Below are positions 39,033 through 49,448 of a DNA stretch of 64,000 bases, piece by piece (positions within the stretch are counted from its first letter, which is position 1; each line of letters opens with the position of its first letter). This DNA comes from Candidatus Bathyarchaeota archaeon (GTDB taxonomy: Archaea > Thermoproteota > Bathyarchaeia > Bathyarchaeales > Bathycorpusculaceae), in assembly GCA_963720565.1 (NCBI GenBank), contig CAVRFW010000009.1:352001-416000 (forward strand). The letters run 5' to 3'. Made by a program: the position numbers and the translations under genes. A model generated the notes under the pieces. The model saw nothing but the letters and a program-made list of their open reading frames with translations. It was not told the DNA's origin and ran no database searches.

Positions 39033-39773
39033 TTAATAGTGCAATTTACGAAGGAGTCTTTTCTGTTCTATTTCAGTTATCTTTCCACTCCTAAGTTCCC
39101 ATTCTGTAAAATTTCTGAATTTTGATGGTCTAGTGAAGATTACATAGTTATGTTGATCCAAGAGTTTAGCTAAAGTGTGCCCTCTGCATGATTGTTCAAT
39201 TTGTTTTTTTGCTTCAGCATAAGAGAGGTTCTTTTCTTCCATGCAGCTTGCTATTGCCTCTTTCGCTTCTTTTTGCATTTTTGGCAGAAATTCCCAAACA
39301 TAAGCTGTTCCATAATCTTTGTTAACGTTTTTCAATATCCCTGCTCTAATTTTTCTATCCCACATAACCATTAATTTAGGCAAAATTGTATGAAGTGCTT
39401 TTGAAGCGTCTGTTGATTGGTGCTTGTCGCTCAAGTTTTTGGCAGTCTTATCAAATATGTGGATGATAGATTTCTCAACTTGCTTGTTGTCAAGGTTGAT
39501 GTTATCTATACTTTCATTCTTTAAGAGCTGGATATGAGGCGCTATTTCACTATAGAGACGCTGAAAAGTCTCAGGTTTTCCAACAAAGAAAGGGTCCCAT
39601 GACCTGATAAATCTCAATAGTTTTTTCGCTTCGCCATTGTTGACAGTTTCTGTCCATTGCTTAACATCTTTTTGCCTCATGTAGTCGTCGTAAAGTTCTC
39701 CCATTGGTTCAATTTCATAATAGGCTTTGTGAGTGATCTCAAGGTCACGATAATGCATTTCATAGTCTCCCAA
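39033..39773 (-). CDS. Hypothetical protein, AT-rich, possibly HhH-glycosylase-like
   Basis: ASKALH...P....WDR.IR motif; LAKLLD. Confidence 0.55.
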   Translation of the reverse strand: MGDYEMHYRDLEITHKAYYEIEPMGELYDDYMRQKDVKQWTETVNNGEAKKLLRFIRSWDPFFVGKPETFQRLYSEIAPHIQLLKNESIDNINLDNKQVEKSIIHIFDKTAKNLSDKHQSTDASKALHTILPKLMVMWDRKIRAGILKNVNKDYGTAYVWEFLPKMQKEAKEAIASCMEEKNLSYAEAKKQIEQSCRGHTLAKLLDQHNYVIFTRPSKFRNFTEWELRSGKITEIEQKRLLRKLHY

Positions 39774-40117
39774 ACGGTCTTTCTTCTAGTTGGCAAAATT
39801 ATATTTTACTGAGTTGAGGGAAAAACTTTGTGCAGCTGCAACTTTGCAGACTATCACCCAAGGTCTTGCCGCTCAATGTCTGTTCATGATGTTTTTTCGA
39901 CTTCGACCCAACCAAACCATTCTGTTAGTGTAACCTGAGTTTTGAGTCTTAATTAGGTTCCTATGATTTAAAATGAAGGTACACAGATTATCTTAGTCAA
40001 GACACTAGCAGGAATCATCTATGTCTGCACTAAGTATCAGAGAAATATCAGGGAAAACTTATAGCGCTGATGTATTTTTAGTTTAAGAACGAGTTAATGG
40101 TCTAGGGTTGGCAGAGA

Positions 40118-40399
40118 ATGTCTCCAAAGAAAGAAGCTTTCAGAGTTCTTCCTTCCAGTCAAAAAATCAAAATTTTTCAAAGAGAAGCTAAGCAGCTGAT
40201 TAATGGTCCCTATGACTGCCCTAAATGTGGCAAGACTCTATTGCAGATTGTGATATCGACCAAGAAAAATGAAGTACATGCTGTTTGCGTTTGTGGGATA
40301 GATGAACATTTGACGTATGCTCCAGTCTTTCAAGGTGTAGATTACTACAGCAAGTTTTTAGATAAATGGAAAAGAGAAAATAGGAGAAGGTTGTATTGA
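40118..40399 (+). CDS. Elf1-like zinc-ribbon transcription elongation factor homolog
   Basis: CPKCG...C.CG...VDYYSKFLD resembles Elf1 CxxC...CxxC...VDVY..FID. Confidence 0.65.
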   Translation: MSPKKEAFRVLPSSQKIKIFQREAKQLINGPYDCPKCGKTLLQIVISTKKNEVHAVCVCGIDEHLTYAPVFQGVDYYSKFLDKWKRENRRRLY

Positions 40400-41117
40400 G
40401 TTGTGCTTCCTGTATTTTATTAGGTACTGGGTTTTGGGGATTGGAATCTTGTTCCAACACCGCGCGTGTTTATGGAACTAGCCCCGATTGCCTAGTTCGG
40501 CTCTAAGGTTTTTCCGTTAAGTCCTTTCAGCATTTGCAGTCGAAAGAAGAAAGAACGAATACTATGTTGAAAGAATATGGAAAGACAGATATCCGGCTCT
40601 GCATATATTATCTGTGGAGAAGGTTTTTTGAGCAAACGCAGGTTTTTTGATGCAACAGAGTGTGGGGGCTGCATCTACAAAGGCGGCAGTTACTGTTGGG
40701 GTCAATGCTCTTTGAACATCTGGAAAAGAGACAGAGAATACTAATCCTTTTTAGATTGTGCAGAGTGAAGGCGGAAAGAGAAGAAAAGAGTTCTGATAGA
40801 ACATTTCTTGTGAGAAAAAGAGGGAGAGGGAAAGAGTCTATTTTGAAGTTGTTGGTTCCCTCTTTACTGGTGTGTTTGATAGCAAAGTACTCAATGCTAT
40901 TTGCGTAAGTTTAATCTCTGTTTCTTTAGCTTCGTTTTCAAGAATCTTCGTGTTGTTGAAGCTTTGAGTTTTCCGGGATAGGCTTTGGCTCTTTCCCTCA
41001 AATAATATTAGGCTATGAAAATATATAAGAATTGCGTACTGCGGATACAGCCAGGCTTCAAGCCATTAATTAGTATGTTTGAAGCGAAAGGAATGAGGGT
41101 TCTATCTCGAGAAGCGG

Positions 41118-41498
41118 TTATGGTTGATTGCTGAACATTGGGCTGGAAATCACCAAGTCTGCTGTTGCCCTGTTACAGGCTGTTGGTATATTGTATAGTA
41201 CTGCCATTCTGAGAAGAGCTTTAACATCGACATCATGAGGTAGAGATCCTAGGGGATCCCAGAAGAATATCAAATAATCCAGTTTCTTGTTGGCAATCAT
41301 GGCTCCAATCTCCATGTCTCCTCCATGTGCACCATCTTTTAGCAGCTTGATCTGCAAAGATGTTTTTTCAATGATCTTCTTTCCTGTGCCACCAGTTGCA
41401 TACAGTGTATAATGAGATAACGTTCCTTTGTTGAAGTCGCACCATTCAATCAAATCTTTCTTCTTGTTGTCATGTGCCACAAGAGCAATATCTTTCAT
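41118..41498 (-). CDS. mgsA: Methylglyoxal synthase
   Basis: IALVAHDNKK.DL, YATG.TG, GGD.EIGA, FFWDPL...PHD.DVKALLR, P.ACNRATAD. Confidence 0.93.
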   Translation of the reverse strand: MKDIALVAHDNKKKDLIEWCDFNKGTLSHYTLYATGGTGKKIIEKTSLQIKLLKDGAHGGDMEIGAMIANKKLDYLIFFWDPLGSLPHDVDVKALLRMAVLYNIPTACNRATADLVISSPMFSNQP

Positions 41499-41904
41499 GC
41501 ATTCACCACCCAGTTAATGTTTGAAATAATTCTCCTAAATAACTAACCGACTATCAGATAAAAACAATACTTGCTATTTTGAACGTTTGTTAGGGAAAAA
41601 ACTAGAAGAGCAATAGAGAAAATAATCACAGTAGGAGTGTGCTTGGCGTGTTATTTCTTTCTTCTTGTCAGATAGGTAATATTCATCACTATGGAAAGCC
41701 CAACAGGAACTCCTTCCGAAAAATCTGTAATTGAGAAACCTGAATAACTAAAACGTAAGAAACGGCCAGTCAAAATACCGCGCGCGTCATTTGTTTTGAA
41801 GCCGCTTGTCTTCGCTAGTGACAAAACAAAACAGCTATCGTACGCTTCTTGGAATGTCTAAAGGGAAAAGGAACCGAACCAGTTTTCTATAATGAACCGA
41901 AATA

Positions 41905-42138
41905 CTAAGCTATCTCTTGAAGGAGAGAAAACCCGGTTAAGTGAATGTGGCTTCCGCAACTGTTGCAGAGAATAACAACTTCTTCCAAGCCGCCGCTATT
42001 GATTTTTGGTTCTAAGAGCGAGTACTTCTTTTCTGTGGAGTCTTCAGGAGAGATCACGATTCCGCATCTGGGGCATGGGAAATCTCCATCTCCATCTATC
42101 TTGGTTAAATCCAGTCTGTGTACATTCGCTTGTTTCAT
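41905..42138 (-). CDS. Small zinc-ribbon protein
   Basis: DLTKIDGDGDFPCPRCG...ISP.D...CNSCGS.IHL.GF. Confidence 0.75.
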   Translation of the reverse strand: MKQANVHRLDLTKIDGDGDFPCPRCGIVISPEDSTEKKYSLLEPKINSGGLEEVVILCNSCGSHIHLTGFSLLQEIA

Positions 42139-42589
42139 TCATCTCGCCTCTTGTTTTGGGTTCAGTTTTCTATTTTCTTCTGTCTTTTAAAGATTATTTT
42201 TGTTTTTTAGGTTTTTGCTCAAATCAATGCCGAATTTGCTGGTTACCCAGAAAAATGCGCCGTGAAGTGTTTATGACTAAATGACAAAGGCTAGCCTCCG
42301 AAGCATTATTTGGAAGGCAGAACTCCCTCTTGAACTAATATTCACTGCGAAATCCTGCGTATGGCAAACACGGGATTTTTGATTTGCTACATTTATTTCC
42401 TTGAAGACGTTACGGCTCAATAACGCGCGATCCAGGGCAATTTTTCCTTTTGACGTTTCTGTCAAAATTCACTCAGGAAATGAATAGAACAACAAACTGA
42501 AAAGACTGAGATAAACCAAGAAGCGCACTTAAATTGGCATATGAAGCGTGTGCGCTGGGAGTTTGGCCGGTCTCCATTCTCCTCATATC

Positions 42590-43378
42590 CTATCCGTCAA
42601 GTTTCTTGTTGCATGATGGGCACGTTGCGTCTTTTGCTTGAACTGGGCTGTTACAGTAGGGGCATATTCGCTTCTTTCTTATCAGGTGTCGGCCAGGTTT
42701 TTCCTTGGCTATCTTTCCATCACGTAGGAGAAGGAGTCTTTCTGTGTGAGATGCTACGTGTGCGTCGTGTGTGACCATGACTATTGTGGTTCCTCGGTTA
42801 AGATTGAGGTTTGCGAGTAACTCAACAATTTCGCGTTTGTTTTTGCCATCCAAGTTTCCTGTTGGCTCGTCTGCCAAGATTATGGCTGGATCGTTAGCTA
42901 AAGCCCGTGCAATAGCTACTCTCTGTTGTTCCCCAGCGCTGAGGCGTTGAGGTCTGTGCTCTTCTCTTCCCGAGAGGCCAACCATGTTTAGGAGTTCACT
43001 TGCTCTTTGTCTTCTTTCGATTTTGGATTTTTTCGTGTTTTCCATAGGCAGTTCCACGTTTTCTCTGGCGTTTAAGTAAGGAAGTAGATTGAAGGTTTGG
43101 AATACAAAGCCAATTTTGTCTCGTCGTATCTTGTAAAGCTCTCCTTCCGGCAGGTTTGCTACATCAACCCCGTCCAAGAACACTTGTCCGCTTGTGGGCT
43201 TGTCTATACATCCTAGAACATTTAGAAGAGTTGTTTTTCCGGAGCCTGAAGGTCCCATGATTGATACAAACTCGCCTGCGTTGACTTGGAGGTCTAGGTT
43301 TGAGAGTGCATGGACTTTGCGTTTGCCAAGCATGTATTCTTTTGACAGATTCTCTATTCTTAGTACTGCTTCACTCAT
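42590..43378 (-). CDS. MacB/LolD-type ABC ATPase with C-terminal zinc ribbon
   Basis: GPSGSGKT, LSAGEQQRVAIARA, LADEPTGNLD, VTHD; CPYC...CPSC. Confidence 0.9.
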   Translation of the reverse strand: MSEAVLRIENLSKEYMLGKRKVHALSNLDLQVNAGEFVSIMGPSGSGKTTLLNVLGCIDKPTSGQVFLDGVDVANLPEGELYKIRRDKIGFVFQTFNLLPYLNARENVELPMENTKKSKIERRQRASELLNMVGLSGREEHRPQRLSAGEQQRVAIARALANDPAIILADEPTGNLDGKNKREIVELLANLNLNRGTTIVMVTHDAHVASHTERLLLLRDGKIAKEKPGRHLIRKKRICPYCNSPVQAKDATCPSCNKKLDG

Positions 43379-44097
43379 ATCGCATCGCCTCAGCTGGTCT
43401 TGTTCTGGATGCTCGCCAAGCAGGATACAGACTTCCCAGAGTCCCCAGCAGTACGGATGCTCCAAGCGCAGTCAGCATGAGCTCTGGAGTTACGATTATG
43501 GTTGCGGTCGACGTCGTGTTGAGTGACCCGAAAACGCTTGTCCCTCCAAATTGCGTTACTGTTGGGAGCAGCAGTCCTGAAAGCGCTGGGGCAGCCACGC
43601 TGCCTATTGTAATTCCCACAACTCCTGCGATTAGACTTAGCAGCACACCTTCTAGCATGAACTGACGCATGACGGTCCAGTTGCTGAATCCAATGGCTTT
43701 GAGCGTGCCGATTTCTTTGGTCCTCTCACGCACGGTGTATAACATTACGAACAAAACGATTAGGCTAGTTGCAGCGACGGCGACGACGATTTCCCCAAAA
43801 GCGGTTGTTTGCATTTGACTTACAGAAGCTTCCGCATTTTCGAGCGCAGTAGTGTAGCTTGACTGTAGCGCTTGAAGCTCTTCTAATCGTTCTTGGGCTG
43901 TGCTGACGGAGAGTTCGGGGTGCAAGGCACTTATGGAGCTTGCTACATCAGTTACTGCTTCGCTGTCTTCGGCGAACACGTGAAGGGTTGTTATGTATCC
44001 AGTGTTGTCTGTTAAGGCTTGCGCGTCGGAAAGGTTCATGTAGAGTGTTGTTCGGTCCTCTACTCCTGACGACCCGTGAACACCAATCACTTCAAAG
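43371..44097 (-). pseudogene. FtsX/MacB-type permease, 5' part missing
   Basis: ERTKEIGTLKAIG, YPAWRASR.RPAEAMRYE; reading frame begins mid-domain (FEVIG) after AT-rich DNA, no first TM. Confidence 0.7.
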
Positions 44098-44178
44098 GTA
44101 AATTAACTTATCAGAAATAGTTAATTTCCATTAACAAGCCTTAAATAAAGTTGACAGACCATACTTTTTTGAAGATGC

Positions 44179-44430
44179 ATGCTTGAAGAATTTAGTGTTT
44201 TAAACTTTTTCATTATCTTTTTTGTTTTCTGCGCTATCATAATTCCTATTGTTTTAGTAGCTTCAGTTTTTCTAGCACGAGCAAAAAACCATGCTTCTAA
44301 TCAAACTGAAAAAATCATAGAAAAAGAGACTATCAAAGAGATAGTAATGGTGCCTTGCATTTATTGCGGTTCACTGATGCCTCAAACTGCTTTGTTCTGT
44401 AACAATTGTGGGGCTGGAAGAAAAACCTGA
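44179..44430 (+). CDS. Small TM plus double-CxxC zinc-ribbon protein
   Basis: TM, then CIYCG...FCNNCGA. Confidence 0.75.
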   Translation: MLEEFSVLNFFIIFFVFCAIIIPIVLVASVFLARAKNHASNQTEKIIEKETIKEIVMVPCIYCGSLMPQTALFCNNCGAGRKT

Positions 44431-44598
44431 ATGGGATTCCCATGGTCGAAAACTGACGCTATTTTCGTCCCTTTTCTCGATAGATAAACAAGCAAAGTAT
44501 TGATAGATTCTTCTTCCTCCTTTGATAGAACACTGCTCCATAATTCATAAAAAGCCCGTATGTGTCATACAATGCACTTAAGAAAGAGGTTAAAATGT

Positions 44599-45129
44599 AT
44601 GCAAATTCTCGGATTGATTTTAGCTCTCATCAGCATCGGTGCCGTCGCTGGGCCGGTGGCTGGAGTGGTACTAATTTACCAAAACAATCCAGTTGAAATG
44701 ATTGTTCCCTCGGAAATTGAAGATTTGATTGCTGGTTCCTTTGGTGCAGATGAACCATTCGAACTTCCGCAATACGTAAGTTCCTCTTTTGACCCCTCAA
44801 CTCAAACCTTGACCGCGACTTTCAGTTTCGCCAATCCATTCGAATTGGACCTAAGAGTCAACTCTCTATCCGCAGACGTTAAATGCGCAATTCATGCTTT
44901 CAACCTTGGAAACGCAGAACTCGTCGATCCAGTGCCTATAGACGCAGGCGACACAGCCCTGATTCCGGTGGTTTTCAAATGGACTCAAGCTGCCGAAGAT
45001 CACTTTCTAACCGCGCACTCGGGAGCAACAAGCATTGATATAGAACTCGTAAACCTCGGGGTAGATGTTAGCGGAATAACTATTGAAACGCCAGAAAGTG
45101 TTAGCGTTAACGTTCCTCTACCGCAGTGA
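44599..45129 (+). CDS. Membrane-anchored hypothetical protein (LEA_2-like)
   Basis: N-terminal TM; F.NPF..DL.V..L.ADV. Confidence 0.65.
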   Translation: MQILGLILALISIGAVAGPVAGVVLIYQNNPVEMIVPSEIEDLIAGSFGADEPFELPQYVSSSFDPSTQTLTATFSFANPFELDLRVNSLSADVKCAIHAFNLGNAELVDPVPIDAGDTALIPVVFKWTQAAEDHFLTAHSGATSIDIELVNLGVDVSGITIETPESVSVNVPLPQ

Positions 45130-45139
45130 AGGTGAAACA

Positions 45140-45700
45140 TTGCAGGCAAAGATAAACTGGTTTGGTATTGCAGGCGGCATTGCAGTATTATTGCTGATTT
45201 GCCTCTCTGCTTACTTTCCTTGGTGGCAGCTAGTAGTGGGCGAAAACTTGGTGAAGGCCAACGTTTCACCAATTTACACAAACTTTGACTTCATAGGTAA
45301 CTCATTCACTATTCCTTTGTTGTTAGCCCTCAACATTAGCAGCGTAATTCTCATGACTGTAGGCGGCATAGCTTTACTCATCTATTCATTCAAACCACTA
45401 GCGTCCTATTCCAGGCGGTTGCTCAGCTTCGGCTACAAAAAGCCACTGTACTCGCTGATTCTGTTCGTAGTATGCTTAGTAGCGATAACATTAGTAGTCA
45501 AATCCGTTTGGGATTTGAATGTTCCCCTGATGGGTTCAGCACAAACCACCTTGCCCTCGGAAATGACTCAGGGCGCCACAGTCAGTGTTCTCATGGTCGC
45601 TAGCTTCCAATGGCCATTCTTGCTGGCCATAGCCGCTGCAGGGTTATGTATCGCAGCTAGGTTCTACGACAAGAAAATAGCGACAGCTCAACCCGCTTAA
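45140..45700 (+). CDS. Four-TM hypothetical membrane protein
   Basis: FPWW after first TM; hydrophobic helices. Confidence 0.7.
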   Translation: MQAKINWFGIAGGIAVLLLICLSAYFPWWQLVVGENLVKANVSPIYTNFDFIGNSFTIPLLLALNISSVILMTVGGIALLIYSFKPLASYSRRLLSFGYKKPLYSLILFVVCLVAITLVVKSVWDLNVPLMGSAQTTLPSEMTQGATVSVLMVASFQWPFLLAIAAAGLCIAARFYDKKIATAQPA

Positions 45701-45725
45701 CATCAAAATTAATACTCTTCGGAGC

Positions 45726-46835
45726 CTATGTTCTCCAGTTTGGCGCTTCTTTTCTTCTAAATGCTAAGACTTGAATGTAGCCGACTATTATGATTGCCAC
45801 CCACAGGACTGAGTAGAAGAAGTAGTAAACGAAAAGTTCATGCAGCTTAATTTCAAAATCTAGCTTTCTCGAAAAAACATAGAAGGTTGTTGCTGTAATG
45901 ACGAAACTGCCAAGCATGATGAGAAGCGTCTTTAGCAGGTCGGCAGTGAAAAGTGACACAAGAAAAATTGGCAGGGCGAGGTTAAGCTTCACGGAAAGAA
46001 ACAGAGAAAACACCAGAATTGAATCGTACATCCACATACTCGGAACTAGCGCGCTAAGGAAGAAAACGGCAATAGATGGATAAAGAAAGAACAAGCCGGG
46101 GAGAAAAACCTGTGGTTTCTTCAAACATTTCTTCGCCAAATCCTTGTACCAATCCTTCAACCACAAGGCTTGGCCGATGCCCCATCTTTTCCTCTGTGTG
46201 AACCAGCTTCGCCAACTCGAGTAAACAACGTTTCCTACTTCAACGTTTTTTGAGTACGCAAAGCTATGGTTTTGCAGGAAAGCCCTTGTCGCGATGTCAA
46301 TGTCTTCAGCCACGACCTTCCTAAAGCCTCCGATTGAATCAAATGTTTCCCGCTTGATGGCAAACGCGGCGCCATTGACAGCAGGACACTTCTTTAAGTA
46401 CTTGGAAGCAAGCCAGGCGCTCACGTTGAAAGTGAAATACTCGTAATACGCCATCTTTGATAGAAACGAATTCTTGCCCGTTACTTTCTTTTTTATGTCA
46501 AGAACGTCAGTATGCTGCATCTCCATTACTACCTTTTTCAAGAAGTCGGGATCATCCGGTAACTGTATGTCAGCATCCAAGAAAAGCAGAACTTTCCCTG
46601 TTGAAGACTTGACGGAGTCGTTCAGAGCATTTGCCTTTCCAACCCGTTCCCGATTAACAATGACTCTTACGTCGCTGAACTGCTTCATTTCTTCCAGAAA
46701 GCTTTCTTCGGGCTCATCGACGGTAACGACAATTTGTTTGTCAACGTCTTGACTGCTTAGCTTATCTAGCATTGCGGGCAGTTGCTCTGACTCTCTGAAG
46801 ACTGGAATGAAGATACTGATGTCTGTCAAAGTCAA
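45726..46835 (-). CDS. GT2 glycosyltransferase with TM tail (processive type)
   Basis: GKANALN, FLDAD, AED, QRKRW. Confidence 0.88.
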   Translation of the reverse strand: MTLTDISIFIPVFRESEQLPAMLDKLSSQDVDKQIVVTVDEPEESFLEEMKQFSDVRVIVNRERVGKANALNDSVKSSTGKVLLFLDADIQLPDDPDFLKKVVMEMQHTDVLDIKKKVTGKNSFLSKMAYYEYFTFNVSAWLASKYLKKCPAVNGAAFAIKRETFDSIGGFRKVVAEDIDIATRAFLQNHSFAYSKNVEVGNVVYSSWRSWFTQRKRWGIGQALWLKDWYKDLAKKCLKKPQVFLPGLFFLYPSIAVFFLSALVPSMWMYDSILVFSLFLSVKLNLALPIFLVSLFTADLLKTLLIMLGSFVITATTFYVFSRKLDFEIKLHELFVYYFFYSVLWVAIIIVGYIQVLAFRRKEAPNWRT

Positions 46836-46995
46836 CCATCTTAGCCTTTAGCTTCTCCAACTCCAACATTTGTCGTATGGGTTTATCAATTTTTCTGAAG
46901 AAAGCACCCTTTATGCCTCCTAAAACCCTGGTTTTTTGTCCCAATCCGTCTATCAGATAGATTCATATTCAGACGAGGACAAGGCTAATGTCATC

Positions 46996-47991
46996 ATGAC
47001 TCGCGTAAAAGCCTTAAGTCTGTTTTCTGGCGGTTTGGATAGCATACTCGCCACCAGACTGATTCTCGACCAAGACATTGAAGTTGTAGCATTGAACTTC
47101 ACGAGCCAATTCAATCCAATTGAAAAAGGCAAAAACAAAGTGGCTGAAGCCGCCAATCAACTGGGCGTTCGGCTCCAACTCATCAATCTTGAAAGCGATT
47201 ATGTGCAGCTAATACGGAATCCCAAGCACGGCTATGGAAAGAACATTAACCCTTGCATCGACTGCAGAATTTTCATGCTAAAGAAAGCCAAGCAATATGC
47301 CCGAAAAATCGGCGCCGCCTTCATTTTCACTGGCGAAGTCCTCGACGAAAGACCGCTATCCCAGCGCTTCAACGCCCTAAAAATCGTCGAAAAAGAATCT
47401 GGCCTAGAAGGAAAACTGTTGAGACCCCTCTCCGCCAAACTTCTACCTAAAACCATGGCAGAGAAAAAAGGCTTGGTTGACACAGAGAAACTGGCGGGAA
47501 TACGCGGAAGATCGAGGAAACCACAGATAGAGTTAGCCAAGGAATACGGAATTGACTACTATCCTAGCCCTGCAGGTGGCTGTTTGCTTACCTGCGAGGA
47601 TTACGCTCACAAGCTTCGGGATCTTTTCAAGCACAAGAAACGTGTCTCAATGAGAGATGTTGACCTGCTAAGGGTGGGCAGGCACTTCAGACTTGGTCCC
47701 AACAAGATAATTGTGGGAAGAAACAAAGAAGAGAATCAAACCTTAACCAACAAGAAAGCTTCAAATGATTACTATTTTGAAGTCGCAACTGTTCCGGGTC
47801 CAACAAGTATTCTTCAAGGAACAAAGAGCAGGAAAGCCATCAAGACAGCAGCCGCATTGACAGCATACTATTCTGACTCAAAAGATATTGAGGTCACAAT
47901 AAACTATGGAAAAGAGCAGCTTGACAAGTTTATTACAGTTTCAGCCCCAAACGACGCCGACATCAAAGTTCTCAGAGTCAGCGAAAATTAA
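46996..47991 (+). CDS. ThiI/MnmA-like PP-loop tRNA thiolation protein
   Basis: SGGLDS, NPCIDCR, TGEVL..RP.SQ, LLRPLSAK, PAGGCLLT, GRHFR. Confidence 0.8.
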   Translation: MTRVKALSLFSGGLDSILATRLILDQDIEVVALNFTSQFNPIEKGKNKVAEAANQLGVRLQLINLESDYVQLIRNPKHGYGKNINPCIDCRIFMLKKAKQYARKIGAAFIFTGEVLDERPLSQRFNALKIVEKESGLEGKLLRPLSAKLLPKTMAEKKGLVDTEKLAGIRGRSRKPQIELAKEYGIDYYPSPAGGCLLTCEDYAHKLRDLFKHKKRVSMRDVDLLRVGRHFRLGPNKIIVGRNKEENQTLTNKKASNDYYFEVATVPGPTSILQGTKSRKAIKTAAALTAYYSDSKDIEVTINYGKEQLDKFITVSAPNDADIKVLRVSEN

Positions 47992-48188
47992 AGGCTCAAT
48001 AATAGCTTGGATTCTATGTAGCTTGTAGCTAAATGGGCTCATTAGGTTTTTTTCCTGTATCGAACTATACTGGAAAAGCAACATCCTAGTTCCGCTGGAC
48101 TAACAGTGATAGAAGTATTCAAAGCCAACTTGAAATCGGTTCGAAGACAATCCTTGGCGACTCTAAATAGACTGTTGAATCTCGGTTC

Positions 48189-48320
48189 TCACTTTCCATC
48201 TACTAAGTGGGCAGTTCCATCCGGACAGTAAATTACAGTGCCTTTCTCAACGATGTTGTAGCGTATGCCGCATGCTTTCATCTGAGAGCATCCATCACAA
48301 TCTCTTGATAACAGTTTCAG
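48189..48320 (-). CDS. 43-aa Cys-rich microprotein with possible CTG start
   Basis: GGAGG upstream; LKLLSRDCDGCSQMKACGIRY...YCPDGTAHLVDGK*. Confidence 0.45.
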   Translation of the reverse strand: MKLLSRDCDGCSQMKACGIRYNIVEKGTVIYCPDGTAHLVDGK

Positions 48321-48517
48321 TCGCCTCCCTCTGTTTTTCCTTCAAGGCAACAGCACCATTGTGTCAGTTGGCTAATTATGCTAAGTGGCACAAGTGCCTG
48401 AAGCCTTGATAGAGTCTCATGCAAATGGTTACGTCTCTTTTAAACATTCCTTACTCACAATTTCCAGGAAGCGCGCGAGAGCAAAAGTCTTAAGCTTATC
48501 ATGCATTTTCACTCTTG

Positions 48518-48786
48518 GATGATGAGCTCTAGAGTCGTGAGCCCTAAGGCTGTGATAATGACTCGACGGGCGAACTGACACCTGAAACTCAATGCACTGT
48601 CACAGCCAGTGACGCTGAAAAGGAAGTAATGAAGAAGAAGCGTTCAGGATAACAACTGTACCTGTGCAGTAGCACAACGCCGTGGTCATTTGTTGAAACA
48701 AGTTAATGTGTAGACTTTTTCTGCTTAAGCAACAAGAAGGACACTTTGGGGTAGCAGTGCTTTCAACACAACCTGACCGACATGGC
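48518..48786 (+). ncRNA. Candidate C/D-box RNA with 3' hairpin extensions
   Basis: AAAAGTCTTAAG promoter-like motif ~25 bp upstream; ATGATGA (48519), GTGA-GCC/GGC-TGTGAT, CTGA (48575); stems CCTGAA/TTCAGG and TGTTGAAA/TTTCAACA. Confidence 0.55.
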
Positions 48787-48848
48787 AACTCTGGTCTCAA
48801 CGTTTTTTAGGTGGAAACCAGCACAACTTGAACTGAGAAGAATCAAGA

Positions 48849-49274
48849 ATGGGTTTAAGCCGGTTCGATACTGTAAAACATCTAATTGTGCGCGTTGAAC
48901 ACGATTCAGACTTGATCACATTCATTACTTCGCTTGCAAAAAACAATGGCTTAAAGGCCGCGACCTTTACCGCAATTGGCGCTTTGAAACATGCAAAGAT
49001 TGGATTTTATGATCAGGAGAAACACGAATATCTGGAGACTCGACTTTCAGCCCCTCAAGAAATAGCCAGCTGCATCGGGAACATCTCCATTAAGAAAGGG
49101 GTCCCTTTTGTTCATGCTCACGCCGTACTAGCTGACCAGAAGGGCGACGTGAAAGCTGGGCATCTGCTTGAAGGAAAGGTTTTTGCTGCCGAAGTTCACA
49201 TAATGGAGTTTGCGGAAAACAAGCTTGTTCGAAAAAATGATGCGGTAACTGGGCTTTCTCTTTGGGACCTTTAG
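48849..49274 (+). CDS. PPC/DUF296 domain protein
   Basis: AIGAL, EI.S..GNIS, FVHAH, GHL. Confidence 0.88.
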   Translation: MGLSRFDTVKHLIVRVEHDSDLITFITSLAKNNGLKAATFTAIGALKHAKIGFYDQEKHEYLETRLSAPQEIASCIGNISIKKGVPFVHAHAVLADQKGDVKAGHLLEGKVFAAEVHIMEFAENKLVRKNDAVTGLSLWDL

Positions 49275-49448
49275 CTGGCAATCAGCCCGTTACTTTGCGA
49301 GCGCCCAGAACATGACTGGTTGGCGGGAAAATCAAGATTTTTCGGATGAGTTGACGCGAGTAGCCACGGAAAACTTAATCAGTAAAGTAGTTGTGAAGAG
49401 CACATGGAGACGCCATTTCCAGAGCGACTGTATAGCGAGGTGAATGAT

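Noticed and set aside
48518..48570. Fluoride riboswitch (GAGTC...TAATGACTC)
   Set aside because: Lacks the expected P1 arrangement and CUAC-like end, and no fluoride-related gene follows; C/D boxes fit better.
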